15,417 nucleotides of DNA, from contig JBBQUR010000035.1 in NCBI GenBank assembly GCA_038212275.1, positions 1-15,417 on the forward strand. Reading direction: 5' to 3'. This DNA is from Planctomycetota bacterium (GTDB lineage: Bacteria > Planctomycetota > B15-G4). Below, piece by piece: positions 13,669 through 15,417 of the stretch. Within the stretch, counting starts at the first letter, position 1, and the number at the start of each line of letters is the position of its first letter. A program made the translations under genes and the position numbers. The notes beneath the pieces were generated by a model. The model worked only from the letters and a program-made list of their open reading frames with translations. It was not told where the DNA came from and ran no database searches.

Positions 13669-14334
13669 ATGAGAACTAAAGCAAAGTTCTGGCTCGCCGC
13701 TGGCAGTTGGGCACTTTGGTTTTTCTTAGCGATGCTCGGGCTGCTCGGCAATTGGGACACCATCGTAGGAAGTCTCCCCGAGTCGTGGTCGGCTCTCTTG
13801 ATCGGATCTATGCCGACTGGGACGCGCTGGGCGCTACTGGCACTGGCCGCACTGGCAGGAGTAGCTGTACGGCTCTTCATTGAGAATCAGCGCCTCATGG
13901 CTGGTGAGGATCCAGTCGTCTTGGCCGAGGTCAAGGGAACCGGTGGCTTCTATTGGCGGGTACTGCCGCGCCCGTACTCGATCCCCGACGATCCCGCGGA
14001 ACCAGAACGTGGCTATGCCGAGACGTGTATGTTGACGCTCATGAATCGCAGCGGAACGCGTCACGCGGCCGTTGTTCCATTCATTGAAGTCATGCAGCCG
14101 AACGGTCCTGCCAAACTTGTGGAAGCGCGCTGGTCGAATGCGGGCGGTAGGCCCGGATCATATCTGCATGAGTGCCTCGCACCAGGACAGGTTTCAAATC
14201 CGACTCCCTTCGTCTACATGAAGTCGATGCCCGATCTGGATCTGCTGCGACAATCGAGGCTTGTCCTGCGTGACATGTATCGCGTTGGGGAGCATTACGT
14301 CTTGGTGGAGCCCGGCCGACAGACCGAAATCTAG
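13669..14334 (+). CDS. Hypothetical membrane protein (2 N-terminal TM helices + beta-rich C-terminal domain), 221 aa
   Basis: AGGA RBS before ATG 13669. Hydrophobic FWLAAGSWALWFFLAMLGLLG and WALLALAALAGVAVRLFI. Weaker GC3 bias than the neighbouring core genes. Confidence 0.7.
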   Translation: MRTKAKFWLAAGSWALWFFLAMLGLLGNWDTIVGSLPESWSALLIGSMPTGTRWALLALAALAGVAVRLFIENQRLMAGEDPVVLAEVKGTGGFYWRVLPRPYSIPDDPAEPERGYAETCMLTLMNRSGTRHAAVVPFIEVMQPNGPAKLVEARWSNAGGRPGSYLHECLAPGQVSNPTPFVYMKSMPDLDLLRQSRLVLRDMYRVGEHYVLVEPGRQTEI

Positions 14335-14441
14335 AATCTCTTGCAGCTCTTGGTCGTGGCCAACTCATTGCAACGAACAGATTGAATCACGGTCAAACCG
14401 AAGTTAGATATCGACTCCATCCCGGTGAAAGGACCCCGCCC

Positions 14442-14984
14442 ATGAAACTGAAGGACGTCGCCGTTTCCGATCTCCGCCGCGAACTCGCCCGCCGCGAATC
14501 CGGAGCCACGAAGCTCCAGGCCACGCGCGCTGCCATCAGCAAGCAGCTCGCCGCGCTCGAGGCTGAGCTCGCCGATCTCGGGATGGATGCGGCTCCCGCG
14601 CGGCGTGGCCGCAAGCCGGGCCGCCCCAAGGGCAGCACGAACAAGCCGGGCAAGGTCGGCCGGCCGAAGGGCTCGAACGGCAAGCGCGCCAAGAACTCCA
14701 TGAGCCTCGTCGATGCGATTCTGAAGGGCGTGCCGACGGGGAAGACCGTGTCCCCCGCCGAGGCAGCCGTCGCCGCGAAGAAGGTCGGCTACAAGACCAC
14801 CTCGCCCAACTTCGGGATGATGGTCGCGAACGCGCTAAGCAAGGACAGCCGCTTCAAGCGCCTCGGGCGCGGGCAGTACCAGGTCGGCGGCGGGAAGCTC
14901 GCTGCGCCGAAGGGCAAGAAGGCCGCGAAGGGCAAGGTGGGCCGCAAGCCGAAGTCTGCGGCCGCCGCTTCGGCCGCGGCCTGA
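14442..14984 (+). CDS. Basic nucleoid-associated-like protein: coiled coil + AT-hook-like linker + winged helix + Lys/Ala tail, 180 aa
   Basis: AAAGGA RBS at 14428-14433 before ATG 14442. Coiled coil LRRELARRE...LAALEAELADLG, linker RRGRKPGRPKGS and VGRPKGS, wHTH-like SLVDAILK...NALSKDSRFKRLGRGQY. Confidence 0.75.
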   Translation: MKLKDVAVSDLRRELARRESGATKLQATRAAISKQLAALEAELADLGMDAAPARRGRKPGRPKGSTNKPGKVGRPKGSNGKRAKNSMSLVDAILKGVPTGKTVSPAEAAVAAKKVGYKTTSPNFGMMVANALSKDSRFKRLGRGQYQVGGGKLAAPKGKKAAKGKVGRKPKSAAAASAAA

Positions 14985-15126
14985 GGATCAAGCCATGATC
15001 ATGAAGTCGGACTTCGTGCGCGCGCTCGATCCCCGGAGGTCGTACCTGCCGGCACCTCGGGCGCCAGAAGCCACGTCCCGGATCACCGAGCACGCTGACG
15101 CCCCCACCAATCGGACTCTGCACGCC

Positions 15127-15417
15127 ATGACGAACGTATCCGCTCTGTCCCTCGCCGGACTCCGTGCCGAGATCGAGCGCCGCGAGAAGGCATCCGGCCA
15201 ACTCCAGGCACGCCGCGAGAAGCTGGTCGCGGAACTCGCCGCCCTCGACTGGGAGATTGCGGCGATGGGCGGCAAGCCTGGCGCCGCCGTCGAGTCCACG
15301 GGGGCGGCGTCAACCCGCAAGTCGCCAGGCCCGCGCGGCCCTCGAGCGAAGAACACCGTCAGCCTTGCCGATGCGCTCGCCATGGCCGTCGAGCCGCGTG
15401 CGGTCATCTCCCCCGCC
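15127..15417 (+). CDS. Paralog of the 14442-14984 protein, 3'-truncated by the window edge; not in the ORF track
   Basis: Translated by hand: MTNVSALSLAGLRAEIERREKASGQLQARREKLVAELAALDWEIAAMGG...RAKNTVSLADALAMAVEPRAVISPA. It aligns with LRRELARRE/LAALEAEL/RAKNSMSLVDAIL/VSPA of the upstream gene. The frame is open back to ATG 14995, an alternative start with GAGGA upstream. Confidence 0.8.
   Translation, partial: MTNVSALSLAGLRAEIERREKASGQLQARREKLVAELAALDWEIAAMGGKPGAAVESTGAASTRKSPGPRGPRAKNTVSLADALAMAVEPRAVISPA

Noticed and set aside
14188..14210. tRNA T-arm-like GGTTTCAAATCC as an att remnant
   Set aside because: It lies inside a credible CDS, and no acceptor stem, CCA end or second copy is visible.

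Overview
GC-rich bacterial window; the gene families suggest Planctomycetota or similar, which is an inference. Most of it is a capsid-less, phage-derived integrative element, either a satellite/PICI-like island or a reduced prophage. Left part: the 3' part of a pRiA4b ORF-3-like gene, a ParB-fused orphan beta-class DNA methyltransferase, a terminase-small-subunit-like HTH gene with no large terminase after it, a minus-strand 2-TM cargo gene, a XerC/D-type tyrosine recombinase, a C-terminal-HTH protein and a repeat/palindrome-rich control region. Central part: a 6.2-kb run of 13 genes joined by 12 consecutive ATGA/GTGA overlaps. It holds a 47-aa Xis/AlpA-like ORF missed by the ORF track, a phage replication initiator carrying an internal array of 22-bp palindromic iterons, a DnaC-like loader, a SpoVG-like gene, seven small ORFs, DUF2924 and a large serine recombinase. 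Right part: a DUF4238 gene, a GGGAA-repeat tract that mirrors a TTCCC tract before the integrase, another 2-TM gene, and two tandem paralogous coiled-coil/basic-linker/winged-helix proteins resembling xenogeneic silencers. No rRNA, tRNA, CRISPR array or virion structural gene was seen. All family calls come from motif recognition by eye; no database search was run.
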